A stretch of 64,000 bases of DNA, from NCBI GenBank assembly GCA_943350765.1, contig CALRAJ010000002.1, positions 72,951 to 136,950 on the forward strand, read 5' to 3'. The notes under the pieces are model-generated. The model was not told the DNA's origin and did not search any database. It saw nothing but the letters and a program-made list of their open reading frames with translations. Positions 1 to 9,845 of the stretch are shown one piece after another (position 1 is the first letter of the stretch; each line of letters opens with the position of its first letter). Source of the stretch: Candidatus Tayloriibacteriota bacterium. GTDB lineage: Bacteria; Patescibacteriota; Minisyncoccia; Phycocordibacterales; PALSA-1337. The position numbers and the translations under genes were made by a program.

Positions 1-150
1 CGGTAGCAGGGAATTAGCCGAGATATGGAAAACACTCCATCAGAAAATCTGGAAAGCAAAGGTATTGCCAGAGGAGGTACACACCATAAGTTAGAAGTTA
101 GTCATTTTTGATTTAGAAATGTTTTTGCAATGATGGTTCCTGCGAAAACC

Positions 151-288
151 AACGGCTCAACACGCCTGTTGAGCCGTTCAAATGGCTCTATATAGGCACA
201 ATATAGAATCGGTCAAGAATTACAAAAAACACTGTTTTTGAGGTAGAAAGCTTCAAAGGCTCAACGGCACACCGTTGAGCCTTTGAAG
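151..288. repeat. Family A palindromic REP-like pair (GGCTCAAC-loop-GTTGAGCC)
   Basis: Hairpins at 151-178 and 251-288. Related copies at ~2331-2377, 5380-5413, 10152-10195, 22218-22255, 26472-26504, 26563-26601, 34085-34172, 34228-34268, 48974-49024, 53806-53846. Confidence 0.85.
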
Positions 289-346
289 TTAAAAGTCCCT
301 AAAAAGCTTGGAGATTGAAGTCATTTCTGTTAGTATGGACTAACTT

Positions 347-2143
347 ATGGATTTAAAGCATATACGAAACTTTAGTATTATTGCTCATATAGATCATGGT
401 AAGTCCACCCTTGCCGATCGTATGCTTGAGATTACAAACACTATAGAAAAGCGTAAAATGCAGGAACAAGTCCTCGATAGTATGGAGCTGGAACGCGAGC
501 GAGGTATTACAATAAAAATGCAACCAGTGAGGATGAAGTACCTGCTCGATGGACAAGAATATATATTAAACCTTATCGATACTCCAGGACATATCGATTT
601 CTCATACGAAGTATCCAGGGCTTTAAAGGCAGTGGAAGGCTCGATTTTGCTAGTTGATGCCACGCAAGGTGTCCAAGCACAGACCATGACTACGCTAACA
701 ATGGCTCGGGAATCAGGGCTGACTATTATCCCCGTGATAAGCAAGATTGACTCGCCACTTGCTCGGGTGGCTGATGTAAAAGGTGAGGTCTCAAAACTGC
801 TCGGTGTCTCGTTTGAGGATATATTGGAGGTATCAGGTAAAACTGGAGAAAATGTCGATCTACTTTTAAAAGAAATTATCAAAAGAGTACCACCACCACA
901 TATTCCTGTCGGTACCGAAAAGGCTTTCCAGTCACTTGTTTTTGATTTTCAGTATTCAAATCATCGTGGTGTGATTGTGTATATTCGGGTATTGTCAGGT
1001 CAGGTTACTCGTAATACGGCATTGGTTTTCAAAATCGCAAATGAGACTTTTAACGCAATAGAAGTGGGAATATTTTCTCCACAAGAAGTGCCGATGGAGT
1101 CTATTGGGGCTGGTGAGATCGGCTATATTGTAACAGGTATCAAACAGCCAGGTATTGCCTCGGTGGGAGATACTGTAGCATACGAACGAGATACCCTACC
1201 TCCACTTTCTGGATATATGAAGCCAAAGCCAGTGGTTTGGGCATCCGTCTATCCAGAAAGTCAGGATGATTTTACATTACTCAAACAGGCGCTCAGTCGC
1301 CTTTGTCTTTCGGATTCATCTTTTACACATGAGGAAGAATCGTCTGGATCACTGGGTCGTGGTTTTCGGTGTGGTTTTCTCGGTATGCTTCATCTCGAGA
1401 TTATTACTGAGAGACTTCGTCGGGAGTTTAATCTAGAGCTTATTGTAACCACACCTAGTATTACTTATGAAATCGATTACATAAATGGTAAAAGAGACAT
1501 TGTCTATTCTCCGTCAAGATTTCCAGATGATCATCAGATTAAGACTATTTTTGAACCTTGGGTAGATATTAGGATTATTGTACCAGCACAATATCTCGGG
1601 GCGATGATGCAGGCACTCTATGACCACGAGGCAGAAATCGGCGACTCCGAAAACTTTGGCGATAATAGAAATGCTTTGACTATTAAAATGCCACTACGCG
1701 AGCTGATGCGAAACTTTTTTGATGAAGTAAAAAGTATTACTTCTGGTTATGCGTCAATATCCTATGAGCTAGGAGAAATGCGTGTAGCGGATGTGGTAAG
1801 GCTCGATATTTTAGTAGCTGAGGAAGCTGTACCCGCTTTTTCTAGAGTAGTATCTAAAAGGCGAGTGCAGGAGGAGGCTGAACAGGCAGTGGGTAAGCTT
1901 GCTAAGGTACTTCCTCGGCAAATGTTTACCACTAAAATACAGGGCGTGGCACTTGGGAGGATTCTGTCATCTGAAACACTTACAGCACTTCGCAAAGATG
2001 TGACCCAGCATATGTACGGAGGAGATATTACTCGAAAAATGAAACTAAGAGAAAAGCAAAAAAAGGGTAAAAAGAGAATGCAAGAGACGGGCAAGGTAAA
2101 TATTCCTCATGATGTCTTTTTGAAAATGGTGAAGAGTGAGTAG
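347..2143 (+). CDS. lepA: Elongation factor 4 (LepA)
   Basis: [21 protein letters not shown]1 motif, DTPGH, GFRCGFLGMLH, C-terminal YGGDITRKMKL. Confidence 0.98.
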   Translation: MDLKHIRNFSIIAHIDHGKSTLADRMLEITNTIEKRKMQEQVLDSMELERERGITIKMQPVRMKYLLDGQEYILNLIDTPGHIDFSYEVSRALKAVEGSILLVDATQGVQAQTMTTLTMARESGLTIIPVISKIDSPLARVADVKGEVSKLLGVSFEDILEVSGKTGENVDLLLKEIIKRVPPPHIPVGTEKAFQSLVFDFQYSNHRGVIVYIRVLSGQVTRNTALVFKIANETFNAIEVGIFSPQEVPMESIGAGEIGYIVTGIKQPGIASVGDTVAYERDTLPPLSGYMKPKPVVWASVYPESQDDFTLLKQALSRLCLSDSSFTHEEESSGSLGRGFRCGFLGMLHLEIITERLRREFNLELIVTTPSITYEIDYINGKRDIVYSPSRFPDDHQIKTIFEPWVDIRIIVPAQYLGAMMQALYDHEAEIGDSENFGDNRNALTIKMPLRELMRNFFDEVKSITSGYASISYELGEMRVADVVRLDILVAEEAVPAFSRVVSKRRVQEEAEQAVGKLAKVLPRQMFTTKIQGVALGRILSSETLTALRKDVTQHMYGGDITRKMKLREKQKKGKKRMQETGKVNIPHDVFLKMVKSE

Positions 2144-2146
2144 GGT

Positions 2147-2290
2147 ATAGCAAATTATTAAATTTCTTTCTTAGCATATCTTTTAAATAGCACGAGTATT
2201 TCTTTGGTAAGAAATCTCTCAAGTCTCAGCTACCCGCTTCCGAAGTCTATTTAAAAGATACGCTTGCGACGAAATTTAATAATTTGCTAT
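2147..2290. mobile_element. Family B ~145 bp MITE-like inverted-repeat element, copy 1
   Basis: Core GCACGAGTATTTCTTTGGTAAGAAATCTCTCAAGTCTCAGCTACCCGCTTCCGAAGTC shared with 18156, 35021, 53406; terminal inverted repeats. Confidence 0.85.
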
Positions 2291-2580
2291 GTTTTGTGAT
2301 GGTTGGTATGAAGGAGTGATGACTATTTTAAGCCACATTCAAAGGCTAAACAGGGTGTTTAGCCTTTGAATGTGGCTATATAGAGACATATTTAAAAAAT
2401 TGGCTTTAAACTGTAACTACCTATATAAAAACGGTGAATAAAGCAAGATCATGCTTATGATAATCAATACCGAAATAATGACCGAAACTACATTTAGTAC
2501 CTTTTTTGTTTTGTGATGAAATAGCATGGGTTTTATATCTTTTATGTTATCTTTTTGAATATGTAGTATAATATCATAAA

Positions 2581-2955
2581 ATGCTAGAATTTCAAGTAAA
2601 AAAAAGATTTAAAAGAATACTTTATTCTCGAGCGATGATCGTAATACTTATGATTGTTATTGTTTTTGCTATTAAAGCCACATGGAGTGTTTATAAAAAA
2701 CAGCAGACCAGCAGGATGAACCTAAATAGATTACAGCTGGAAATATCAGAATTGAAACAACGCGAAGATTATATAAAATCTGGTATTGATCGTCTTGGTA
2801 CGGATAAGGGGGTGGAAGAGGAGATTAGACAAAAGTTTAAGGTTGTCAAAGATGGTGAATCAATGTCGATACTTATCGATGATGAACAGGTCATGGCCAC
2901 TTCTTCCTCGCCAGAAAAAGGTTTTTGGTCTACAATTGCTGATGTGTTTCGGTAA
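2581..2955 (+). CDS. Septum formation initiator (FtsB/DivIC-like)
   Basis: N-terminal TM helix, coiled coil, GVEEEIRQKFKVVKDGE motif. Confidence 0.75.
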   Translation: MLEFQVKKRFKRILYSRAMIVILMIVIVFAIKATWSVYKKQQTSRMNLNRLQLEISELKQREDYIKSGIDRLGTDKGVEEEIRQKFKVVKDGESMSILIDDEQVMATSSSPEKGFWSTIADVFR

Positions 2956-3008
2956 AATGTATATGATGGCCTAAAGCGGGCTTTGCTACGCCGAAGCTTT
3001 GAGCTATG

Positions 3009-3079
3009 GCGAGTGTAGTATAGTGGTAATACGTGTGCTTCCCAAGCATATGACGCGGGTCCGATTCCCGCCACTCGCA
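3009..3079 (+). tRNA. tRNA-Gly(CCC)
   Basis: GCGAGTG/CACTCGC acceptor stem, anticodon loop TTCCCAA. Confidence 0.93.
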
Positions 3080-3125
3080 CAAAATGAGCGTCGAGAGGCG
3101 CTTTTTTGCTATACTTACTGTACCT

Positions 3126-4385
3126 ATGCCCCCGCAGTCTGAAATTAAAAAAGTACCAAAACCAAAAGTAATTCTCCATATGGATGGCGACGCTTTTTTT
3201 GTCGGTGTTGAAGTTGCTAAAAATCCAAAACTCAAGGGGTTGCCAGTAGTAACTGGTGAGGAGAGGGGGATAGTCTCGGCACTTTCGTATGAGGCAAAAG
3301 CACTCGGCGTGGTGCGTGGTATGCCAATATTTAAAATTAAAAAAGATTTCCCAAAAGTAATTATTCTACCCGGTGATTATGCCTCATATATTCGCTACTC
3401 GGCTATGATGTTTGATATTGTGCGTCGATATGTTGATGATGTGGAGGAATATAGTATTGACGAATGCTTTGCGGATCTCACTGGACTCGACCGACCATTA
3501 AAAATGACCTATCTGCAGATAGCCGAGAGGATTAAAAATGAAATAAATAAAGAACTACAGCTAAGTGTCTCTATTGGCGTTGCACCTACAAAAGTACTCG
3601 CCAAGGTAGCATCAAAGTGGGTAAAGCCAAATGGCCTGACCTCAATAGATATTAAAACCGCCCCAGATTTTCTCGCCAAAACACCTATAGAGAAAATCTG
3701 GGGTATTGGCCCGCAGACTTCAGAGTTTTTGAAAAGAAGATGTATAGATACCGCGCATGATTTTGTAAGTAAAGATATAGCTTGGGTAAAACACAACCTT
3801 TCAAAACCGTATGAGATAATCTGGCAGGAACTTTCTGGTGTATCCCTGATGAATATCGATCCAATAAAAAAGACCGTCTATTCCTCAATGCAGAAAACAA
3901 GGTCATTTCACCCCGCTACCAACGATAAAAAGTTTCTTCTGTCGCAGATTTCTAAACATGTGGAGGATGCGTGCACCAAAGCTCGGCATTTCCACCTAGT
4001 GCCGAAAAAGATATCTATTTTTCTCAAGGACAAAGATTTTAAATTTACCACTGTTTCGATTCATGTTCCGTCGCCGACCAACGCTCCGGAGATTTTGATT
4101 TCTCTTGCTAAAAAACAGTTTGATAAAATGCATGTTCGGGGGACACTCTATCGTACTACTGGCGTTGTGTTGCAAGATCTTATTTCGGGTTTAGTCTCGC
4201 AAAACGATTTGTTTGGCGGTACTGATGAGGCACACAAATTCGAACGCATACACGCGCAGATCGACTCTCTTGAAAATAAGTTTGGTCGGCATGTTGTCTA
4301 TCTCGCATCCACACACAATGCCCTGAAGCAAAAGAAGGTGGGTACGGATTCAGATGATTTGGATAGAAATTTGCTATTTCTGTAG
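3126..4385 (+). CDS. dinB: Y-family DNA polymerase IV (DinB-like)
   Basis: LHMDGDAFF, SYEAKALGV, YSIDE motifs; QNDLF clamp-binding-like motif; start moved to ATG 3126. Confidence 0.92.
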   Translation: MPPQSEIKKVPKPKVILHMDGDAFFVGVEVAKNPKLKGLPVVTGEERGIVSALSYEAKALGVVRGMPIFKIKKDFPKVIILPGDYASYIRYSAMMFDIVRRYVDDVEEYSIDECFADLTGLDRPLKMTYLQIAERIKNEINKELQLSVSIGVAPTKVLAKVASKWVKPNGLTSIDIKTAPDFLAKTPIEKIWGIGPQTSEFLKRRCIDTAHDFVSKDIAWVKHNLSKPYEIIWQELSGVSLMNIDPIKKTVYSSMQKTRSFHPATNDKKFLLSQISKHVEDACTKARHFHLVPKKISIFLKDKDFKFTTVSIHVPSPTNAPEILISLAKKQFDKMHVRGTLYRTTGVVLQDLISGLVSQNDLFGGTDEAHKFERIHAQIDSLENKFGRHVVYLASTHNALKQKKVGTDSDDLDRNLLFL

Positions 4386-4450
4386 TTTGTGACAAAATGC
4401 CAACTAACATATTTTAACCTCGTTGGAGGATAAGGTGATATACTAGCAAA

Positions 4451-5149
4451 ATGAATGAATATGAAAAGAAATTGTCTGATGAGGCATTCCGTTGGGTTAA
4501 GGCAAATCATCGTAAAATTATAGAAGAGTTTGCTGGAAAAGCGGAGCATGTCGCTGATAATCAACCAATTACACTTTTTATGGCAGGATCTCCTGGAGCG
4601 GGTAAGACTGAGGTGTCCAAACGCCTCATTTCTCGTTTTATACAGAAACCAGTAAGAATTGATGCGGATGAAATTCGCGGAATATGCCCTGGTTATGTCG
4701 GATCAAATGCACACATATTTCAAAGAGCAGCTACTAAAGGGGTTCATATTCTCTATGATTATTCGCGAGAAAATAATTTGAATGTCATTTTGGACGGTAC
4801 ATTTGCATATGCAGATGAACAGAAAAATATACAGGGGTCATTAGATCGTCAGAGAAAAGTCGAAATCTATTTTGTGTATCAGGATCCTTCGCAAGCATGG
4901 GATTTTACAAAAAAACGTGAAGAAATTGAGTATAGAAAGGTTTCTAAAAAAGTTTTCATTGATGCTTTTATCAAATCTCGCGAAAATGTTAACCTTGTCA
5001 AAAGTTATTTCGGAGATCAAATCGAGCTCAACCTACTTATAAAAGATTTAACGAGTGATATTGAACAGCTGGAGCTTAATATACTCCTTGTTGATAGTTA
5101 TTTGAAGAAGGTGTATACTAGGTATGAATTGGAGACATTGCTTATATGA
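4451..5149 (+). CDS. Zeta-toxin family P-loop kinase
   Basis: MAGSPGAGKT Walker A, IDADEIR, ILDGT. Confidence 0.85.
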   Translation: MNEYEKKLSDEAFRWVKANHRKIIEEFAGKAEHVADNQPITLFMAGSPGAGKTEVSKRLISRFIQKPVRIDADEIRGICPGYVGSNAHIFQRAATKGVHILYDYSRENNLNVILDGTFAYADEQKNIQGSLDRQRKVEIYFVYQDPSQAWDFTKKREEIEYRKVSKKVFIDAFIKSRENVNLVKSYFGDQIELNLLIKDLTSDIEQLELNILLVDSYLKKVYTRYELETLLI

Positions 5150-5337
5150 TTAATAAAATCAAGTCCTACTTAGGGATTAAAGAGATAAAGGAGCCAACGA
5201 CTGACTTTTCGGCGTTTTTTCATAATGCTTCTTCTGCCCAGAAAAAGAAGCTTCTAACCGAGGTTGTACGCGAAGCGAATAAGGATCAAAGAGCGGTTAT
5301 TGAGCGGTATAATCGGAGGACTACAAAGACCATCTAA
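5146..5337 (+). CDS. Small helical protein coupled to the zeta toxin (possible partner)
   Basis: ATGA overlap with the zeta stop; 63 aa. Confidence 0.6.
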   Translation: MINKIKSYLGIKEIKEPTTDFSAFFHNASSAQKKKLLTEVVREANKDQRAVIERYNRRTTKTI

Positions 5338-5485
5338 TCGGTGGTTTTTGTTTGGCAAAGAATTCCAACGGCTTAGTGGTTGAACGGCTCAACAGGGCTG
5401 TTGAGCCGTTCAAATGGCTTGGTTGAGAGGTTTTTAGAGTATGCTAAAAAGTGGCTATTTGGTGTAAATTTGCTATGATATTGAG

Positions 5486-6091
5486 ATGAATGAAATTGTC
5501 TATATTCTTATAAACGAAGCTATGCCAGGGTATACCAAAATTGGTATCACTACTGATTTGAAAGCTCGTCTGAAGCAATTAAGTAATACATCTGTTCCCG
5601 TTCCTTTTGAATGTTTTTTCGCAAAAAGAGTTAAAGATGCGAGGGCTATTGAGAATAGAATGCACGCTGCCTTTGCAAAGGATAGAGTTGACAGTGGAGC
5701 AGGAAGAGAATTTTTTATGATCCCCCCAGAACAAGCTGCGGCAGCATTGAGTATGGCAGAGGGAGAAGATATTCAAATTGATTCAGAAAAAACGGAACAA
5801 GAAAAGGTTGCAATCGCTGAAATCACAAGTAGACGCCCCGTTTTCAATTTTTCATTGGTTAATATAAATCCAGGTTCAACACTTCAGTTTTATATGGACG
5901 AGATAATTACTTGTACAGTCGTCGATTCAAGAAAGGTTGAATTTAATGGGAAAATCGTCTCGTTGTCCTATGCTGCTATGCAAGTATTGGAGTCAAAAGG
6001 TTTGCACTGGAAGGCTGTTTCTGGTCCCGGTATATGGATGTTTGAGGGTGAGACACTGTATGCGAGACGTATAAGGATGGAGGCTGAATAA
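5486..6091 (+). CDS. GIY-YIG (T5orf172-like) nuclease with RAMA-like C-terminal domain
   Basis: VYILINEAMPGYTKIGIT...RLKQL...GREFF; C-terminal SLSYAA...VSGPGIWMFEGETL. Confidence 0.8.
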   Translation: MNEIVYILINEAMPGYTKIGITTDLKARLKQLSNTSVPVPFECFFAKRVKDARAIENRMHAAFAKDRVDSGAGREFFMIPPEQAAAALSMAEGEDIQIDSEKTEQEKVAIAEITSRRPVFNFSLVNINPGSTLQFYMDEIITCTVVDSRKVEFNGKIVSLSYAAMQVLESKGLHWKAVSGPGIWMFEGETLYARRIRMEAE

Positions 6092-6102
6092 TTGTAAGAC
6101 GA

Positions 6103-6729
6103 ATGACACCACAAGAAAGTTTCCCCGATGTCTTTCGTGTTATCCTAGATCTTTCTTCTACTATATCTAAGAAGATAGATGATTATAAAAATAATATTGA
6201 AAATAATCCCAGTATAAAGAGGGCTTTTTATAATATAGATTTTGTTTATATGCACTCTATTGTACTCGATATGGGAAAGCTACTTTCAGTAAATAATAAT
6301 GATAGGTCTGGATTAAGGGGGTTGGAAAAGTCATCACCAGATAAATTTAAAAAAGATATAAGGATATTTAGGGATAAATATAAGGATGTAATTGAAAAAA
6401 TAAAAAGCAATAGAAATAGGATAATTTCTCATGTAGATATAAGTGATGAAGGACATTTTTCTAAAATGGGTTTTTCTGAGAAAGAAGTAAATAAAAAAGT
6501 CACTGACCTCAATGATCACTTCACATTTTTGTATGGGTTGAATAAATCATTGGTAGAATCATCTATCGAACATTGGAATAAGTTAAGATCAGAGTCTATT
6601 AGGACTGAAAGATATAGTCCTTCAGATTTTTCTAAGGAAGTAGATATTTTCATAATAATGATTAGAGAAATAGTATCTATTTCGTATAAAATTAATGTGT
6701 GTTATTGTGAAAAAACAAGACTTAAGTAA
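6103..6729 (+). CDS. HEPN-domain protein (AbiU2-like)
   Basis: RNRIISH fits the HEPN R-x4-6-H motif; markedly AT-rich gene. Confidence 0.65.
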   Translation: MTPQESFPDVFRVILDLSSTISKKIDDYKNNIENNPSIKRAFYNIDFVYMHSIVLDMGKLLSVNNNDRSGLRGLEKSSPDKFKKDIRIFRDKYKDVIEKIKSNRNRIISHVDISDEGHFSKMGFSEKEVNKKVTDLNDHFTFLYGLNKSLVESSIEHWNKLRSESIRTERYSPSDFSKEVDIFIIMIREIVSISYKINVCYCEKTRLK

Positions 6730-6805
6730 TCAGATCGTTTTTTATGCAAAACTCTCTGTGCTATAATATAATCCCTACAAAGTAATTAAATAAATTAAAA
6801 CAAGT

Positions 6806-7039
6806 ATGAAAAAAGTTACGATATACTCGACCCCAACATGCCACTACTGTAATATGGCCAAGGATTTTTTTAAGGCAAATAAAATTATTTACACAGAATT
6901 GAATGTGGCGACTGATTTAGAAAAGCGGAAAGAGATGATTGAGAAGAGTGGGCAAATGGGTGTGCCAGTAATCGATATCGGCGGGGAGATCATGGTGGGT
7001 TTTGATCAGTCGGCGCTCTCGAAGGCTTTGGGGATGTAA
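6806..7039 (+). CDS. Glutaredoxin / NrdH-redoxin
   Basis: CHYC motif, GQMGVPVI, VGFD. Confidence 0.93.
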   Translation: MKKVTIYSTPTCHYCNMAKDFFKANKIIYTELNVATDLEKRKEMIEKSGQMGVPVIDIGGEIMVGFDQSALSKALGM

Positions 7040-7048
7040 AGGGGGGAT

Positions 7049-7085
7049 AAAAGCCCCGCGGGCGAGTACGCCCGCGGGGCTTTTA
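7049..7085 (+). terminator. Intrinsic terminator
   Basis: AAAGCCCCGCGGGCG-AGTA-CGCCCGCGGGGCTTTT hairpin with T tail. Confidence 0.8.
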
Positions 7086-7140
7086 TATTTAGCAAAAAAT
7101 GTTATAGTCTTGTAGCAGAGCTTGTGCATTCTGTATCTAT

Positions 7141-7238
7141 TCTCCCTTTGTAAAGGGAGCACCGCCAGTACTCTGGCGTGGAGGGATTTGAAATCCAAAT
7201 CCCTCGGCTTGAAGCCTGCTCCCTTTAGAAAAGGGAGA
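7141..7238. repeat. Family E palindromic repeat, copy 1
   Basis: TCTCCCTTT...AATCCAAATCCCTCGGCT...GCCTGCTCCCTTTAG.AAAGGGAGA; second copy at 62966-63059. Confidence 0.8.
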
Positions 7239-7250
7239 ACAATGCTAATA

Positions 7251-7322
7251 GCCCCTGTAGTTCAATGGATAGAACAATTCCGTCCTAAGGAGGAAATCCA
7301 GGTTCGATTCCTGGTGGGGGCA
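7251..7322 (+). tRNA. tRNA-Arg(CCT)
   Basis: Cloverleaf, anticodon loop GTCCTAA, GGTTCGATTCC T-arm. Confidence 0.9.
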
Positions 7323-7383
7323 CAACAAAAATATCCAAAGGATATCTTTTTGTTGCTACCCAGCCAGAATCGAACTTATCTTT

Positions 7384-8703
7384 ATGCCCCAACTCAATCT
7401 AACCAAAATCAAAAAAGTCTATTTCATCGGTATTGGCGGTATTGGTGTTTCTGCCATTACTCGTATGATGGCACTGTCTGGAAAAGAAGTCCGAGGCTCC
7501 GACATGAGTCTTTCGGAAGTTACTAGCGAGCTCACACGGCTTGGCATACATATCGACCACGGTCAGTCTATAGATTTGATACCAAAAGATACTGAGCTAG
7601 TCATCTATACTATCGCCATTGCAAGTTTTGACCCAAAGCTCATTGAAGCCATCGACGCCCGAGGTATCCCAAGAAAAACCTATCCCGAAATACTTGGTAT
7701 TATTTCCGCGGACAGCTTCACTATCGCCATCTCAGGTACTCACGGCAAGACGACCACCACAGCCATGACTGCGAAAGTATTTCTCGATGCTGGGCTAGAT
7801 CCGACAGTAGTCGTCGGCTCATTTTTGAAAGATCAAAAGAGTAATTTTATTGCTGGTAAGAGTAAATACTTTATCGTCGAAGCTTGCGAATACCGTCGTT
7901 CTTTTTTAAACCTCACCCCGACAATTTTGGTAATTACAAACATAGACAATGACCATCTGGACTACTACAAAGACATGGCGGATATTCAAAGTGCGTTTGC
8001 AGAATTGATTTCAAAAATCCCTCCGCACGGTGCAGTAATCTGTAATCCAAACGATCCCACAGTCGCTCCCGTCCTCAAAAAAGCATCTTGTAAAATTATC
8101 GATTATACTGGCTTTTTGTACCCGAGCCTTTCGCTCAAGGTGCCGGGTATGCATAATAGAAAGAATGCTTCTGCGGTATGGGCGGTGGCAGACCTGACTG
8201 GCATATCAGAACGAGTTACCAAAGCCTCATTAGAGGCATTTTCTGGCACATGGAGACGGTTTGAGTACAAAGGTACTACTAATGCAAACGCGGTCGTCTA
8301 CGACGATTACGGTCATCATCCGACCGAGGTAGAGGCGACACTAGCTGGTGCGAGAGAGTTGTTTAAGAAAAAGCGAATTATTGTGGTTTTTCAGCCTCAT
8401 TTGTATAGTCGCACCAAAGACCACTTGGCTCATTTCGGAACAAGTTTCAAGGACGCAGATTTGGTAATTATCTCTCCAATATATCCCGCCCGAGAAGTGT
8501 TTGATCCAAGTATTACTTCGGATATGGTGGTGTCCGAAATAAACAAAAATGGAGGTAAGGCTATGGCGGTCACTGATTTTAGTGAAGCACTTTTTTTTCT
8601 CACAAATGAGGCTAAAAAAGACGATGTCATAATCACTATGGGTGCTGGAGATGTGTATAAAATAGGGGAATCATTACTCGCTCCAGATCATAAAACTTTT
8701 TAA
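7384..8703 (+). CDS. murC: UDP-N-acetylmuramate--L-alanine ligase
   Basis: FIGIGGIGVS, GTHGKTTT, DDYGHHPTE, FQPHLYSRT. Confidence 0.96.
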   Translation: MPQLNLTKIKKVYFIGIGGIGVSAITRMMALSGKEVRGSDMSLSEVTSELTRLGIHIDHGQSIDLIPKDTELVIYTIAIASFDPKLIEAIDARGIPRKTYPEILGIISADSFTIAISGTHGKTTTTAMTAKVFLDAGLDPTVVVGSFLKDQKSNFIAGKSKYFIVEACEYRRSFLNLTPTILVITNIDNDHLDYYKDMADIQSAFAELISKIPPHGAVICNPNDPTVAPVLKKASCKIIDYTGFLYPSLSLKVPGMHNRKNASAVWAVADLTGISERVTKASLEAFSGTWRRFEYKGTTNANAVVYDDYGHHPTEVEATLAGARELFKKKRIIVVFQPHLYSRTKDHLAHFGTSFKDADLVIISPIYPAREVFDPSITSDMVVSEINKNGGKAMAVTDFSEALFFLTNEAKKDDVIITMGAGDVYKIGESLLAPDHKTF

Positions 8704-8715
8704 AATATATTCGCC

Positions 8716-9405
8716 ATGGCTACTTTGTATATCGTCGCAACCCCCATAGGTAATCTCAAAGACATTACTTTTCGAGCTGTCGAAATATTAAAAACAGTTG
8801 ATTGTATCTTGTGTGAAGATACACGGACAACAAAAGTTTTGCTCAACACTTATGATATTCATGTGCCGACCATGAGCTATCACGCCCAGAGTGCTCTGTC
8901 TCGTACAGAGGATATAATCAGTATGCTCAAGGACGGCAAAAACCTAGCTTTAGTTTCTGATGCTGGCACGCCATGTATTTCTGATCCCGGATCCGCGTTA
9001 CTTTCCTTGGTACGAAAAGAATGCAATGAGGACGAGGTAATGATTGTGCCTATTCCCGGACCATCTGCTTTTGTAACACTTCTTTCTGCAGGAGGACTTG
9101 ATACTAGCTCATTTGTTTTTCTAGGTTTTCTTCCACACAAGAAGGGTAGGGAGACATTGTTCAAGGAAATAGCTACCGCACCACGCACGATGGTTTTTTA
9201 TGAATCACCTCATAGGATCATGAAGACCCTAGCCTCGCTTGCGAGTGTACTTTCGGATAGTCCACGAAGAGTACTTGTGGGTAGAGAATTGACTAAGCTG
9301 TTTGAACAAATTATTTCTGGAACAGCTGGGGAAATGTTTTCATACTTTGAAAATAATCCAGACAAGGTGCGGGGCGAGTTTGTGGTCGCGGTCGAGGCAG
9401 TTTGA
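8716..9405 (+). CDS. rsmI: 16S rRNA C1402 2'-O-methyltransferase
   Basis: LYIVATPIGNL, CEDTR, SDAGTPCISDPG, YESPHR, RELTK. Confidence 0.96.
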   Translation: MATLYIVATPIGNLKDITFRAVEILKTVDCILCEDTRTTKVLLNTYDIHVPTMSYHAQSALSRTEDIISMLKDGKNLALVSDAGTPCISDPGSALLSLVRKECNEDEVMIVPIPGPSAFVTLLSAGGLDTSSFVFLGFLPHKKGRETLFKEIATAPRTMVFYESPHRIMKTLASLASVLSDSPRRVLVGRELTKLFEQIISGTAGEMFSYFENNPDKVRGEFVVAVEAV

Positions 9406-9432
9406 GTGTATAATATCAGTTGGAGTGACTAT

Positions 9433-9726
9433 ATGAACCCATTTGAAACTATAGATTGCCTACTTTGTAGGCATATGTACGCTGACGCTTTACCCTTTGT
9501 AAAACTTTTACCAACAGCAACCGAGGATGAAAGGGTAAAAAAAGATAATTACCTCATCTGTAGCATTACGGGTTTGCTCGAGCTGAATACATCTGATGAT
9601 GTCAGGATGGCTGTAGATAGCTGGTACTTTTTGTCCGAAACAGATTTAAAAAGTCAGCTTAAAAAGCGAGAACTTTATGACGGTGTTCTTGCAAGGGTAA
9701 TCATTGAACACAGGCTTCTTGATTGA
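9433..9726 (+). CDS. Hypothetical protein
   Basis: ORF with TATAAT and GGAG upstream of ATG 9433. Confidence 0.55.
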   Translation: MNPFETIDCLLCRHMYADALPFVKLLPTATEDERVKKDNYLICSITGLLELNTSDDVRMAVDSWYFLSETDLKSQLKKRELYDGVLARVIIEHRLLD

Positions 9727-9845
9727 TTTTTTAATGATAAGCAAAGCTCTCTTAATTGGGAGCTTTTTTAATTCTTTTTTTGTAAATAGTGTCTTTTAAA
9801 AAAAGTAATGTATACTATGCTGTATATAAGCTTTAATATATTTGC

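Noticed and set aside
2-94. Possible 3' end of an upstream ORF (GSRELAEIWKTLHQKIWKAKVLPEEVHTIS*)
   Set aside because: Only 30 codons are visible and there is no recognisable motif.
394-2222. Antisense ORFs inside lepA, and likewise inside ftsZ, ftsA, trxB, gyrA and infB
   Set aside because: Shadow frames of well-supported genes on the opposite strand.
7122-7526. 134-aa ORF and similar ORFs over tRNAs and repeats (2769-3179, 10451-10681, 48700-48892, 59379-60107)
   Set aside because: They overlap tRNA genes or palindromic repeats and show no protein-like motifs.
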